From the sequence record PP885733.1: DNA of 64,000 nucleotides, one strand, 5' to 3'. Under the pieces are notes generated by a model that saw only the letters and a program-made list of their open reading frames with translations, was not told the DNA's origin and searched no databases. Shown piece by piece: positions 8,314 through 17,799 of this stretch (position 1 is its first letter; every line of letters begins with the position of its first letter). A program made the position numbers and the translations under genes.

Positions 8314-8439
8314 GTGAGCGATTTATTATTAGACTTACTCAAGCTGTTTCTTGCTTGCGTTGCTGTTGGTCTCACTCTGGCTACGGCGTGGCAGTTAGGT
8401 AAGAAGTACTTCGGTAAGAAAACTACTCTACGTGATTAA
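8314..8439 (+). CDS. Small single-TM protein (41 aa; not in ORF track)
   Basis: SD ggaggt, GTG start; MSDLLLDLLKLFLACVAVGLTLATAWQLGKKYFGKKTTLRD*. Confidence 0.65.
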   Translation: MSDLLLDLLKLFLACVAVGLTLATAWQLGKKYFGKKTTLRD

Positions 8440-8445
8440 TACATC

Positions 8446-8473
8446 TGAACTGGAACCTCCGGGTTCCAGTTCA
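8446..8473 (+). terminator. Intrinsic terminator
   Basis: tgaactggaacc-tccg-ggttccagttca, perfect stem. Confidence 0.8.
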
Positions 8474-8505
8474 GTTTATGTTATTTTCGTTTCTTTAATA
8501 AATTA

Positions 8506-8526
8506 CAGATAGATATTATCTTTATG
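8506..8526 (+). promoter_or_regulatory. Phage early-promoter-like motif
   Basis: CAGATAGATATTATCTTTATG. Confidence 0.75.
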
Positions 8527-8556
8527 TAAAGCTAACCATAATTAATCTGGAGCATC

Positions 8557-9129
8557 ATGGAAACGTTAAACGCTTTGAATGAATTCATCAGAAGCCCTGC
8601 TGGTTTCTGGACAATGACCGGAGCAGTAATCTGGATCATCATCGGCATCGTCCTGTTCTGTAAGTACTTCGTAATGGGGCTGATTGGATGCACTCGCAAA
8701 GAGGATAATGCATTCGCGATTATCTACACACTCGGCTGCGTGTTCCTCTGGCCACTGTATCTGTTATGGATGGGTAACTTCATCCTGTCCGGAATCGATC
8801 TCCGTAAACTACTACACCTTCCACCTAAGCCTGTCTATTTGACATGTAAAGGAAAGGGTGGGAAGTACAAGTATATCGGTAAGAGTTTCCATCTGAACTC
8901 AATCGATAAGACCAACTTCAAAATCGCTGGTTATGACACAACAATAGGGGCTGGTACATCCAGAGGTGAAACGTTCAGAGTTTACAATATCCTTGAGCCT
9001 GATCTTCCATTATTCCACAGTGGGTTCTCTGAAACATCAGAACCTATTCGCATCTATCAAGATGTCAACACTAAGCAATACTTCCATCGTAAAGAGAAAG
9101 ACTTCTCTGAACGTATGACCAATTACTAA
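8557..9129 (+). CDS. Membrane-anchored protein with C-terminal DUF1653-like domain
   Basis: Two N-terminal TM segments; CKGKGGKYKYIG...IYQDVNTKQYFHRKEKDFSERM. Confidence 0.7.
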   Translation: METLNALNEFIRSPAGFWTMTGAVIWIIIGIVLFCKYFVMGLIGCTRKEDNAFAIIYTLGCVFLWPLYLLWMGNFILSGIDLRKLLHLPPKPVYLTCKGKGGKYKYIGKSFHLNSIDKTNFKIAGYDTTIGAGTSRGETFRVYNILEPDLPLFHSGFSETSEPIRIYQDVNTKQYFHRKEKDFSERMTNY

Positions 9130-9164
9130 TTAACCAATTCACATAGATAAAGAAGGAAACAAGA

Positions 9165-10742
9165 ATGTCCATGTTAACCGAAATCTCTTTCACCAATTCC
9201 ATCGGCACTCGTGAAATCATCGACGCGGTAATGCGTGATGCGTACGAATCAGTTTGTAGCACCATGGGGCCAAACGGTCGTTACGTTGTTATCAACCAGC
9301 TGAACAATCCTCGTGTAACCAAAGATGGCGTGAGCGTTGCGAAAGCGCTGGACTTCAACGAAGCGCGTAAGAACCTGATCGCTAAGATCATCACTGAGCC
9401 TTCAATCAAAACCGATAACGAAGTCGGCGATGGTACAACTACAACTGTCTTCATGACTTACAAGTTGTATGAAGCGTTCAAAGATCTGATGACGTTCCGT
9501 AACCTGCGTTGGCTGGATGCGAAGATGAAAGAGGTTGAGGAAGCAGTAAGTTCCTTGATCACTATCTGTGATGTGAACGATGAACGTTTCCGCAAGATGT
9601 TGATGACCTCTTCGAACTATGAAGAAGAGATCGTTGACAAAGTTCTGGAAGTGTATCGTGAGCACAAGAATCCGAATATCCGTCTGCAACGTGCGCCTAA
9701 CCTACCAGGTGATGAAGTGAAGTTCACTCGCGAAGTTCATTTCGATGGTCAGTTTGCTCATGACCTGTATGTACCACAATCTGGTCGTCTGCAGATTGGT
9801 GCAAACAAAGTTGTGGGGATTATTATCGATGGCAACGTTCAGGGCTTCAGCAATGAAGAGTTCAGTGCTCTGGGTAACGCACATCCAGATAAGCCAGTTC
9901 TGATCATGGCTCGTAACTTCGATCCATTTGCAATCGCGCAGATCAACGCTGAAAACCAGAAACTCAAACAGTCCAATCCAGAAGCACCAGTCAAGTTCGT
10001 TCCGTATAAACTGAACGCTGCTGGTTCTTTGGGTAGTCAGTCTGTAGCCGATCTGGGTAAACTGCTGGATATCGATCCACTGTTCAGTCTGGAAGCGATG
10101 CAGTCCGATCTATTGAAAGTGATTGATGTGGATGTAATGTTGGCGACTGCTGGCATCTTCCTGACCAAAGACAACGATCTGGTTAAGCATCGTGCTGAAC
10201 CAATTCTGGAACGTCTGGATGAGCGTTATGAATCGTTCTCCATTACTGATCGCCAGCAACCAGTTGGTCGTGACGTAGCTCGTCGTATTGCTCGTCTTCG
10301 TGCAAACAACGTAACCATCAACGTATCGGGTGTAACTCAGTCTGATGCGGAAGAACGTTACTATCGTTATGAAGACGTAATGAAAGCGGCGCGTACAGGT
10401 CTGGAGTTCGGCGTGATTCCTGGTATCGGCTATGGCTATCTCATGGCACGTCAGATGCTGGAAGGCGCTAAGCCTGCACAATCTGATGAGGGACTCAATC
10501 AACTGCATGAACTGCTGATGCAAGTTTTAACCTCACAATACGAACACCTGACCAGCAATGTATATGAAGGTCCAGGTTCTGTATGTTTCGTCGATTTGGT
10601 AACGGGTGAAGAAAGCCCAGTACCGGCAAACGTATATGACAATGCTGCAGCAACGTTGACTGCACTGAAGGGCGCGTGGGCAACTGCGAAGACCTTAGGC
10701 AAAGTCAGTAATGTGATGGGTAAATCTAACTCGGCTTACTAA
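9165..10742 (+). CDS. groEL: Phage GroEL-like chaperonin
   Basis: STMGPNGR, VTKDGVSVAK, VGDGTTTT, RYEDVMKAAR..GVIPGIG; 525 aa. Confidence 0.93.
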   Translation: MSMLTEISFTNSIGTREIIDAVMRDAYESVCSTMGPNGRYVVINQLNNPRVTKDGVSVAKALDFNEARKNLIAKIITEPSIKTDNEVGDGTTTTVFMTYKLYEAFKDLMTFRNLRWLDAKMKEVEEAVSSLITICDVNDERFRKMLMTSSNYEEEIVDKVLEVYREHKNPNIRLQRAPNLPGDEVKFTREVHFDGQFAHDLYVPQSGRLQIGANKVVGIIIDGNVQGFSNEEFSALGNAHPDKPVLIMARNFDPFAIAQINAENQKLKQSNPEAPVKFVPYKLNAAGSLGSQSVADLGKLLDIDPLFSLEAMQSDLLKVIDVDVMLATAGIFLTKDNDLVKHRAEPILERLDERYESFSITDRQQPVGRDVARRIARLRANNVTINVSGVTQSDAEERYYRYEDVMKAARTGLEFGVIPGIGYGYLMARQMLEGAKPAQSDEGLNQLHELLMQVLTSQYEHLTSNVYEGPGSVCFVDLVTGEESPVPANVYDNAAATLTALKGAWATAKTLGKVSNVMGKSNSAY

Positions 10743-10749
10743 TGCGATT

Positions 10750-10781
10750 AAGTTGACTCTGGCTTCGGCTGGAGTCAACTT
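10750..10781 (+). terminator. Intrinsic terminator
   Basis: aagttgactctggc-ttcg-gctggagtcaactt followed by a T-rich tract. Confidence 0.85.
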
Positions 10782-10901
10782 TCTTATCTCTCTTTTTCTT
10801 TTCGTTGTTTTACTTAATTACTGAAGGAGTAATATGCAGAATTTCACCTGTCTGCAAGTTCGCGTGAGCGCTCCAATTCAGCTAAGGGTTATGGTATTCC
10901 T

Positions 10902-11177
10902 GTGATCCTCAAAAGGTTAGCCACGGCTAAGAGTGCGGGACGTAAGCAGTTCTTTCACGAGGACAACTTACTGGCACTCATCTTCATTATTATCGCGCTT
11001 ACCTTCTCCTTGGCAAACGGACAGTATATGTTCGCATACTTCTGTATGGGGTTGGTTGTAGTACGCGTTGGAGAGATTATCTTCGAGACTAAAAGGAATA
11101 TGCTCGACAAACCTTTCTTGCATTATTTACTTGGTATTGGAATTCCACTACAAGTCGCATGGAATGTGTTTAAATAA
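10902..11177 (+). CDS. Membrane protein (3 hydrophobic segments); start ambiguous
   Basis: GTG start overlaps the stop of a 23-codon ORF at 10834; its own frame is open back to 10833. Confidence 0.65.
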   Translation: MILKRLATAKSAGRKQFFHEDNLLALIFIIIALTFSLANGQYMFAYFCMGLVVVRVGEIIFETKRNMLDKPFLHYLLGIGIPLQVAWNVFK

Positions 11178-11195
11178 TCTCTTCGGGGTCTAGCG

Positions 11196-11786
11196 ATGGC
11201 TTCTTTACACTTTTACTTCAGTACGATGAATGCGGGCAAGTCACTAGATTTGCTCCGTTCCAACTATAACTATATTGAACGAGGAATGAAGACTTATATC
11301 CTCAAGCCACAGATCGATACACGTGAGGCGAAACAAGTGATTCGTTCGCGTACCGGTATGGAGGCTGAGTGCGAGTTATTCAAACCAGATCAAAACCTCT
11401 TTGCAATGGTCTCAGAGTACACGTTACTTAACGGGGATATCCATTGCGTCTTTATAGACGAAGCTCAGTTCATGACAGAAGACCAAGTTAAGCAACTGGT
11501 CAATGTGGTTAATAAACTTCACATCCCTGTTGTGGTCTACGGGCTTCGTTCTGATTTCCAGGGTAAGTTATTCCCAGGTAGCGCTGCACTGATGGTGTGG
11601 GCTAATAAGATGACCGAACTGAAAACGATTTGTTGGTGTGGTGCAAAAGCCACAATGGTTCTTCGTCTGGATACAGCCGGTAAGGTTGTACGTGAAGGAG
11701 CGCAAATACAGATCGGCGGAAACGACAGTTATGTATCTGTCTGTAGCACGCACTTCGTAGAGGGTCAAACAGAGTCCAAGATTTAG
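11196..11786 (+). CDS. tdk: Thymidine kinase
   Basis: FSTMNAGKS (P-loop), VFIDEAQF, YGLRSDF, ICWCG, YVSVCSTHF. Confidence 0.95.
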   Translation: MASLHFYFSTMNAGKSLDLLRSNYNYIERGMKTYILKPQIDTREAKQVIRSRTGMEAECELFKPDQNLFAMVSEYTLLNGDIHCVFIDEAQFMTEDQVKQLVNVVNKLHIPVVVYGLRSDFQGKLFPGSAALMVWANKMTELKTICWCGAKATMVLRLDTAGKVVREGAQIQIGGNDSYVSVCSTHFVEGQTESKI

Positions 11787-11799
11787 TTACATTCCTTTT

Positions 11800-11820
11800 C
11801 AGATCTATATTATTTAAGTG
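11800..11820 (+). promoter_or_regulatory. Phage early-promoter-like motif
   Basis: CAGATCTATATTATTTAAGTG. Confidence 0.75.
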
Positions 11821-11867
11821 ATAAACATACACAGTTTAAACTTAACTCTATATAGAAGGAATACATC

Positions 11868-12191
11868 ATGGATATGTCTTTTGATAAAATCGCAGCAGCA
11901 TCTCTCCTGGGCGCAATGACCTCTGAGAAAGAAATCAGCGAGAACAACCACAACGTAGCTGGCGCGGTATGTGGCGTAGGCTTCGGTGTTGCTCTGGAAC
12001 TTCTGTCTCCAACTGGCTCACTGACTTCCGCAGTAGCTGCGGGCGTAGTTGGCGGTCTGGCGGTAGCGCTGGTGAAGCCAGCACTGGAACACGGTCCAGA
12101 TGGTCAGATCGCAACTGCAGTCAGCTTCGTAGGTGGTGCAACCATCTCTATGAAAGCTGGTCGTATCGCTGCAAGCTATTTCCCAGGTTAA
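11868..12191 (+). CDS. Gly/Ala-rich hydrophobic protein (glycine-zipper-like)
   Basis: SD aagga; AGAVCGVGFGVALE, AVAAGVVGGLAVALV, AVSFVGGATI. Confidence 0.8.
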   Translation: MDMSFDKIAAASLLGAMTSEKEISENNHNVAGAVCGVGFGVALELLSPTGSLTSAVAAGVVGGLAVALVKPALEHGPDGQIATAVSFVGGATISMKAGRIAASYFPG

Positions 12192-12197
12192 TCATGT

Positions 12198-12222
12198 AAC
12201 CCTCTCCCTAGCGGAGAGGGTT
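12198..12222 (+). terminator. Intrinsic terminator
   Basis: aaccctctcc-ctagc-ggagagggtt with a T-rich tail. Confidence 0.75.
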
Positions 12223-12335
12223 CATTAATTCTTTAATTTTTTTGTTTATCCTATGAAGGTACCTCATGAACTGACTCTTCTCAATGATTGAGAGAGTTAG
12301 GTTTATCCTTTTGTTCAATCCATGGAAATACTAAA

Positions 12336-13172
12336 ATGCGTAAATATCCAACTCCTTGGCAATACCTGGTTGACCTGATTGCTACTGGTCGTCTGAAAGC
12401 GGCTTATGCATCCGGTGACCGTAAGGCTATCGCCAACGCTGAGGCGGCGTATAAAGGTCTGTCCGAAGATGAAGTGGTGTTCTCTGCACCCGTGACTCGT
12501 AAAGACGGCAAGCTGGTTGTTAACATGACCTGCAAGCGCGGCTTCAAACTGAACGACATCGTTTTCAATACCGGCACCCTGGCCAAGATGGTTGCGCAGA
12601 ACGCCAACCTGATGGCTGCTCACGAAGATCTGAACACCAGTCAAATCACTGGTTTCTACTTCTGTGAAGATGCCGATCAACTGCACCTGCTGATCAACCC
12701 GAACAGCAACCTGCACGAAGCGCTGAAGATGACTGGTTACGAGTTCCCACCTGAGAACTACAAAACCACCATCTATCCACAGCGTGACGACGTGCTGCTG
12801 GCTGAAGGCGAAATCGCTATCACTCACCCAGTTGTGGCCGGTACTGTATACGTTAGCTACGTTCAGCAGCCCCAGTCTCACGAAGAAATCGCTCAGCGTG
12901 TAGCTGATGAGAACAATGTCATTCGTTCCCAGCTGATCCCTGAAACTCCAGCTGAGCTGCTGGAATCTGGCGCTCCTCTGACTGACCTGACTCAGGGCGG
13001 CTCACCTGGCCCGATCGTTGAACATGAGTTCAGCAAAGACGCCACTGAACTGGCTGAAGGCGCTGCAGATAAAACTGTAGCGATCCAGGAAGCCGCTAAG
13101 GCTGAAGCTCCGGCTGAAGAACCTGCTCAGGAAGAAGCTCCTGCTCAGACTCAGCAGAAGAAAAAGAAATAA
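12336..13172 (+). CDS. Hypothetical abundant protein with acidic low-complexity tail
   Basis: Likely start ATG 12336 (MRKYPTPW); strong codon bias; ends EAPAEEPAQEEAPAQTQQKKKK. Confidence 0.85.
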   Translation: MRKYPTPWQYLVDLIATGRLKAAYASGDRKAIANAEAAYKGLSEDEVVFSAPVTRKDGKLVVNMTCKRGFKLNDIVFNTGTLAKMVAQNANLMAAHEDLNTSQITGFYFCEDADQLHLLINPNSNLHEALKMTGYEFPPENYKTTIYPQRDDVLLAEGEIAITHPVVAGTVYVSYVQQPQSHEEIAQRVADENNVIRSQLIPETPAELLESGAPLTDLTQGGSPGPIVEHEFSKDATELAEGAADKTVAIQEAAKAEAPAEEPAQEEAPAQTQQKKKK

Positions 13173-13179
13173 TCTAATT

Positions 13180-13205
13180 GCTAAGGTGGGTAATTCCACC
13201 TTAGC
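13180..13205 (+). terminator. Intrinsic terminator
   Basis: gctaaggtgg-gtaatt-ccaccttagc then tttt. Confidence 0.8.
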
Positions 13206-13227
13206 TTTTATGTTGTTCATTCGTTTA

Positions 13228-13248
13228 TAGACAGATATTATCTACTTG
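13228..13248 (+). promoter_or_regulatory. Phage early-promoter-like motif
   Basis: TAGACAGATATTATCTACTTG. Confidence 0.75.
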
Positions 13249-13278
13249 ATACCAATCACATATTTATAAGGAACTATC

Positions 13279-13755
13279 ATGTCTAATGAATTAGTCGCTA
13301 AAGATCTCAAGAAGATCGGAGCTAATCTTTGGGATGTCCAAAGAGCGGTTCGTCAGGAAGCAGTTAACGGCGACCCTAATAAGGAAGCCACAGTTAAACT
13401 GGTTCACGAGTACGATGTTGCTTCTGGTGAATCCACAGCACATCTTCGTTGCAACACCACAACTTCTCGTCGTAATGAAACTCCACACTGTGAATCAACC
13501 ACTGTTCCTGTTGAAGGAAATATGGATTATGATCCAAGCGTGGTTGACGATATCATTCTTGAACTCATCGCTGCTGTAAACGAGCGTGTTGATCTCACCA
13601 TGATGGGTGAAGCCGATCTCTCAGCTGATGACATCTCCGGTTTGTTCAAACAGTACTGGAATATGGCAATGGAAGAAATGCAAGTCGAAGGCTTTGCTTC
13701 TTCTGTGGTCGTAGTTCACGGTTCCATTCTGAAAGTCACTGTAACGGTAAGCTAA
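13279..13755 (+). CDS. Hypothetical protein
   Basis: 158 aa, SD aagga. Confidence 0.8.
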   Translation: MSNELVAKDLKKIGANLWDVQRAVRQEAVNGDPNKEATVKLVHEYDVASGESTAHLRCNTTTSRRNETPHCESTTVPVEGNMDYDPSVVDDIILELIAAVNERVDLTMMGEADLSADDISGLFKQYWNMAMEEMQVEGFASSVVVVHGSILKVTVTVS

Positions 13756-14270
13756 TGTTAATCCCTGAAACTGTATACCTGACCAGACAAGGTCAGCTGC
13801 ACTTCGATGCGGCAAGTGCGTCTAAGCACGAGTATGTTGAATTGAATAACCCTAACCAAGAACCAGTATCAGTAAGAAGTATCGGAACCCTGGTTTACGT
13901 AGTTCGCTTTGGTGATGAACGTAAAATCACTCTGGTGGTATTCCGTTTGAATGCCAACTTCAAAGCACGCGCTGTTGTAATCCATGACGTCAAAGACGAG
14001 CAGGATAACTCAGCATTAGCGGTTGGTGTCTTCAGTCGCATACTCTCTTTCGATAACAACCGAATGGGTAATCGCGACCGCAACACTCTACTGCCAATCA
14101 TTCGTCAGAGTTGCCCTCAGACTTTCCATGGCAAGTTCTGTTCACCAACCAAGACCTTACGGTTCGTTGTTAATGAAAATATCCTGAAGGTCTATGAAGC
14201 TTCTTCTAATGAAGTAGTCCTCCGCACTAACTACGTTAAAATGTCTCGTTCTATTAAGGATAAGTTGTAA
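13755..14270 (+). CDS. Hypothetical protein
   Basis: 171 aa, TAATG coupling. Confidence 0.8.
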   Translation: MLIPETVYLTRQGQLHFDAASASKHEYVELNNPNQEPVSVRSIGTLVYVVRFGDERKITLVVFRLNANFKARAVVIHDVKDEQDNSALAVGVFSRILSFDNNRMGNRDRNTLLPIIRQSCPQTFHGKFCSPTKTLRFVVNENILKVYEASSNEVVLRTNYVKMSRSIKDKL

Positions 14271-15127
14271 TGATCACCCAAATTTTAAAAGCGCTAAAAG
14301 GTTCTCTGGCTCAATGTAAGAAACACGAAGATCCCGCTCAATACATCTATGCATTGAACTCAACATTGAACCGTTACAAATCGAATCTGTTCAACATGAT
14401 TCCTAATAAGGAACTGTTGGCTTACGATCCGAAAGAACTGTTCAACTTCCGTATTCACAGTACCTGGCGTTTACGTCCTGATTACAAGCGTGAAAGTACG
14501 ATAGCTGATCGTGGTCCGATAATGTTGAGCATTAGTGGGTTTATCCCTCTGGTCGGCGAACGTCGTAATCTGGAGAAAACTCATAACCAGTCTATCCGTA
14601 TTGATGACGTTATCGATCTGGATCGCATCGCTAACCTGAAGACTGACTACTATAAAGGTTTGTCTGTCGGGACCAACTCTGATTTCAAAGATGAAGAAAA
14701 ACATCTTGAAGAAATCCTGGGTTGGGAAAAGCTGGATGAGTGTTCTGTGTATTACAGCATCGAGCGCGCTGTGGATGACGTTATAAACGTTGCTTTCCAG
14801 TTAAACAGTAAAGTGTATAGCGAAGTTCTGGATAAGCATCACGAAGCGTCTGCTGCACGTATGGCTGACAGCCCACTGACTAAGCGTGAGATCAAACGTG
14901 CTGAAGCTCGAGCTCGTTTGCTGGTATCTCAACCTGAACTGCAAGCTAAGTACGATGAAGTTCGTCAAGATCAACAGAACAAACATCTGTCGCTGATTGA
15001 CAACTACTTCGGCAGTGCAGCTATTAATGATAAGCCTCTTTCAGCAGCAACTCTGAAGAAGGGCGAAGTACAACGTGTTCGTAAACCTAATGCGGGATTA
15101 ACGAAGAACAAACGCGGTCTCTGGTAA
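14270..15127 (+). CDS. Hypothetical protein with basic C-terminus
   Basis: 285 aa, TAATG coupling. Confidence 0.8.
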   Translation: MITQILKALKGSLAQCKKHEDPAQYIYALNSTLNRYKSNLFNMIPNKELLAYDPKELFNFRIHSTWRLRPDYKRESTIADRGPIMLSISGFIPLVGERRNLEKTHNQSIRIDDVIDLDRIANLKTDYYKGLSVGTNSDFKDEEKHLEEILGWEKLDECSVYYSIERAVDDVINVAFQLNSKVYSEVLDKHHEASAARMADSPLTKREIKRAEARARLLVSQPELQAKYDEVRQDQQNKHLSLIDNYFGSAAINDKPLSAATLKKGEVQRVRKPNAGLTKNKRGLW

Positions 15128-15166
15128 TCAATACAACGGTATCGATATAGTCGATAAGGAAACATC

Positions 15167-15748
15167 ATGAAGAATCTGAACTCTCGCGAGTTTATGGAAA
15201 TAGAATCCGGCGTTGGCTTTTATAACATCGGAGTTCACCCACACATGGATAACGTTTTAACTGTGACGTTAACACCAGAACTCGGTCGAGTAGGCATTCC
15301 TGCTGAACGTTGGGCTGGTCATATTTATACTGATAAACTATCAGTCATTTTAACGAGTGCTGATAAACACGGTGTGTACTTTTCTTATTACTCCGTCCGT
15401 CGTTTGATGGAAGGTGGAGAGGGAAGCTATTCACTGCACGCAACGTGGGAAGACCTCGGCATACACCCGTATGGTGTTACAAAAGCCGTGCTTGACGATT
15501 ATCTCGTATTGCTCCAAAACTACATCTATACGAAGTTCTTTACTCACATCCTGTCATTGGGTAGTCGTGCGCGTAGAGTTGCTCTACGGTGGTTACATGA
15601 CGTACAGAGCGGTGATAAGATGTGGCGTATCAATAGTCGTTACAGTCTCATTCGTGAAGGTAATCTTTACAACATCTATCTGTGTAATAAACATCGCATG
15701 GTGACTCGTTTAGAACCTGAACGTCTCACAGCAAACATGTTCAAATAA
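15167..15748 (+). CDS. Hypothetical protein
   Basis: 193 aa, SD aagga. Confidence 0.8.
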   Translation: MKNLNSREFMEIESGVGFYNIGVHPHMDNVLTVTLTPELGRVGIPAERWAGHIYTDKLSVILTSADKHGVYFSYYSVRRLMEGGEGSYSLHATWEDLGIHPYGVTKAVLDDYLVLLQNYIYTKFFTHILSLGSRARRVALRWLHDVQSGDKMWRINSRYSLIREGNLYNIYLCNKHRMVTRLEPERLTANMFK

Positions 15749-15760
15749 ACAAACATAAAC

Positions 15761-15790
15761 TCCTACTCTACCCGCAAAGGTAGAGTAGGA
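15761..15790. terminator. Bidirectional terminator
   Basis: tcctactctacc-cgcaaa-ggtagagtagga between convergent genes. Confidence 0.8.
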
Positions 15791-15796
15791 TATTTA

Positions 15797-16429
15797 TCAT
15801 TTCTTTTTGATCTCGCCTTCGAGGAAAGCAATGTACGCTTTTAACTCAGCGATTTCAACTGTGGCTTTTTCTAACCGTAACAAGTCAGAAGGTTCTTCCG
15901 TGATGGCAGCTTGTCGAGTTTTCTCCCACGCCTGTGACTGTTCCAGAGAAACATATCCACGAGTAGGAATAGTTCCAATGGTAGTCTTAGCGTTAGCAAT
16001 TCCCAGAGAGTTTTTGACGTAGTTGTTAATATGATCAACGGCTGCGTTAACGCGATCTTTCAGTGCAGGAGGAACAGCACCTAAGTCAGCGATAATACAG
16101 AAGCGTTCATATACAACACCGTCTACCAATGGGAACGACTTGAAGTAGCTCGAGATCACATATACCGGAGGACTATTGCGGGATGTCAGCGTTACAACTA
16201 CAGCGCCTTCATCAATAGCCCTTTGCAATACAGTCTGATAGTCATTAGCGTCCACACCAACTGGCTGAAATACCAACTTGAACAAGTCAAGCTTCATAGC
16301 CTGCATTTCAGGGATGGTACGTACTGCTTCCACCGTGTAGAACGTTTCCTGTTTTACAACATTGTCAAACGGTGGGTTGGCTGTGAACGATCCCGACGCA
16401 TAGACTGCTGGGATAATGTTCTCACTCAT
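15797..16429 (-). CDS. Putative virion structural protein (phiKZ-like core)
   Basis: 210 aa coupled to 16426..17763; recalled resemblance to conserved jumbo-phage structural ORFs. Confidence 0.6.
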   Translation of the reverse strand: MSENIIPAVYASGSFTANPPFDNVVKQETFYTVEAVRTIPEMQAMKLDLFKLVFQPVGVDANDYQTVLQRAIDEGAVVVTLTSRNSPPVYVISSYFKSFPLVDGVVYERFCIIADLGAVPPALKDRVNAAVDHINNYVKNSLGIANAKTTIGTIPTRGYVSLEQSQAWEKTRQAAITEEPSDLLRLEKATVEIAELKAYIAFLEGEIKKK

Positions 16430-17763
16430 TCAACGATAACTCCGTCTTTAACGAATTGATAGCGGGTGATCATAGTGATCTTCACTTTGCTTGAACGACG
16501 CGTAATATAGAGCTTGCCGTCACGCATCACACGCTGGATACCTTTAGGAGGCATCCCGTTAGGAGTTACCACTTCACCAGCTGCCAGCATCTCTTCCAGA
16601 TCGAAGATAAACTTCGCAGTGTCTTTCGACATCATACCGGCTTGAGAGTCGGTAGAAGGAATCAACTGATAATCAGGGAAAACCTGATTGATGTGGTGGA
16701 GTGCGTTGTGGTTCTTAGGCTTTCCAACGAAGCCCATCTTCGCAGACTTATAAAGGTGCGGTACGATTTGCAGGGATTCTATGACTGCGTCATTACCCCA
16801 CAGAGCGCAATATTTCAGTGGTAACACTGTTCCGTCTTTATAGGTGAAGATCGGGGTGTAAGTAGAACCTGCCACAGTTTCGTTGACGAGACCCAGTTCG
16901 TTCCAATAAGGAACTACTGCGAATTCCAACGGGTTGAACAAATCGGGAATAACATCGGCCCATTTGTCTTCTGGGTATTTGGAGTGATCAAGAATACATT
17001 TCTTAATCGCTTCATAGGTTTCTTCTTCAGCGTCGTTAGGGTTACCGTAATAAATGATAGTCCAGAACCCCATGTTCTTTTGAGGAACGTTAATGAGGTC
17101 ATAGATATCGAAGCCCATAACGATTCGCTCAGTAGGGGGCTGGTAAGTACCTTTTCCACCCAGTACTTTGTCGACACGATCCTGAATCTTGTCAGTAGTC
17201 TCAGCATTTAAGCGATCACGCACTTGCTTGTAGTTACTGTCAGCCAGGAAGTCAATGTCGTCAATTGGAATTGGATGTACGACGTAAATTTCACGATATG
17301 GGAATTCGACAGCGAAGAAATCGTTGGCAAACCAGATCTTGAATTCGTGAACAACACCGCCAGCAGCGTAAGTGAAGTTAATGCTGGAAGGCATCCAGAT
17401 GTCGTTATTCGTGACCATCTGGTTAACAGCTTTCCACTCCCACCCTGTGGTGTAGTTAGCTTTCAGCAACTGCAGACAGCCTTGTGGGGAGTCAGTAGTT
17501 TTCTTCGCCTTAGCTTGTTCAAATAACCAGGCCATCATTTCGATGATTGGTTCGTAGTGAGTTTTCGGAATCTGCTCGTACATCGAGGTATCGGAGACTC
17601 CACGGAAGCCAACTAACCCGACTGGCTTACCATCTTTGAAATAGAAGTCTGGCTCCTTGGAATAGGAGATGGATTTGTTCGTCAACTCTCCGATCGGAGA
17701 AGTAGAACCATTGATGACCAAATCCTTATTAACACAAAAGCAACTGTAGAGGTTCGTTGACAT
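16426..17763 (-). CDS. Putative virion structural protein (phiKZ-like core)
   Basis: 445 aa; recalled resemblance (EF..VP.W...G pattern) to jumbo-phage tail/baseplate ORFs. Confidence 0.6.
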   Translation of the reverse strand: MSTNLYSCFCVNKDLVINGSTSPIGELTNKSISYSKEPDFYFKDGKPVGLVGFRGVSDTSMYEQIPKTHYEPIIEMMAWLFEQAKAKKTTDSPQGCLQLLKANYTTGWEWKAVNQMVTNNDIWMPSSINFTYAAGGVVHEFKIWFANDFFAVEFPYREIYVVHPIPIDDIDFLADSNYKQVRDRLNAETTDKIQDRVDKVLGGKGTYQPPTERIVMGFDIYDLINVPQKNMGFWTIIYYGNPNDAEEETYEAIKKCILDHSKYPEDKWADVIPDLFNPLEFAVVPYWNELGLVNETVAGSTYTPIFTYKDGTVLPLKYCALWGNDAVIESLQIVPHLYKSAKMGFVGKPKNHNALHHINQVFPDYQLIPSTDSQAGMMSKDTAKFIFDLEEMLAAGEVVTPNGMPPKGIQRVMRDGKLYITRRSSKVKITMITRYQFVKDGVIVE

Positions 17764-17799
17764 AAGACAACCTTTAGGTTATAATGAACTATTACTGGA

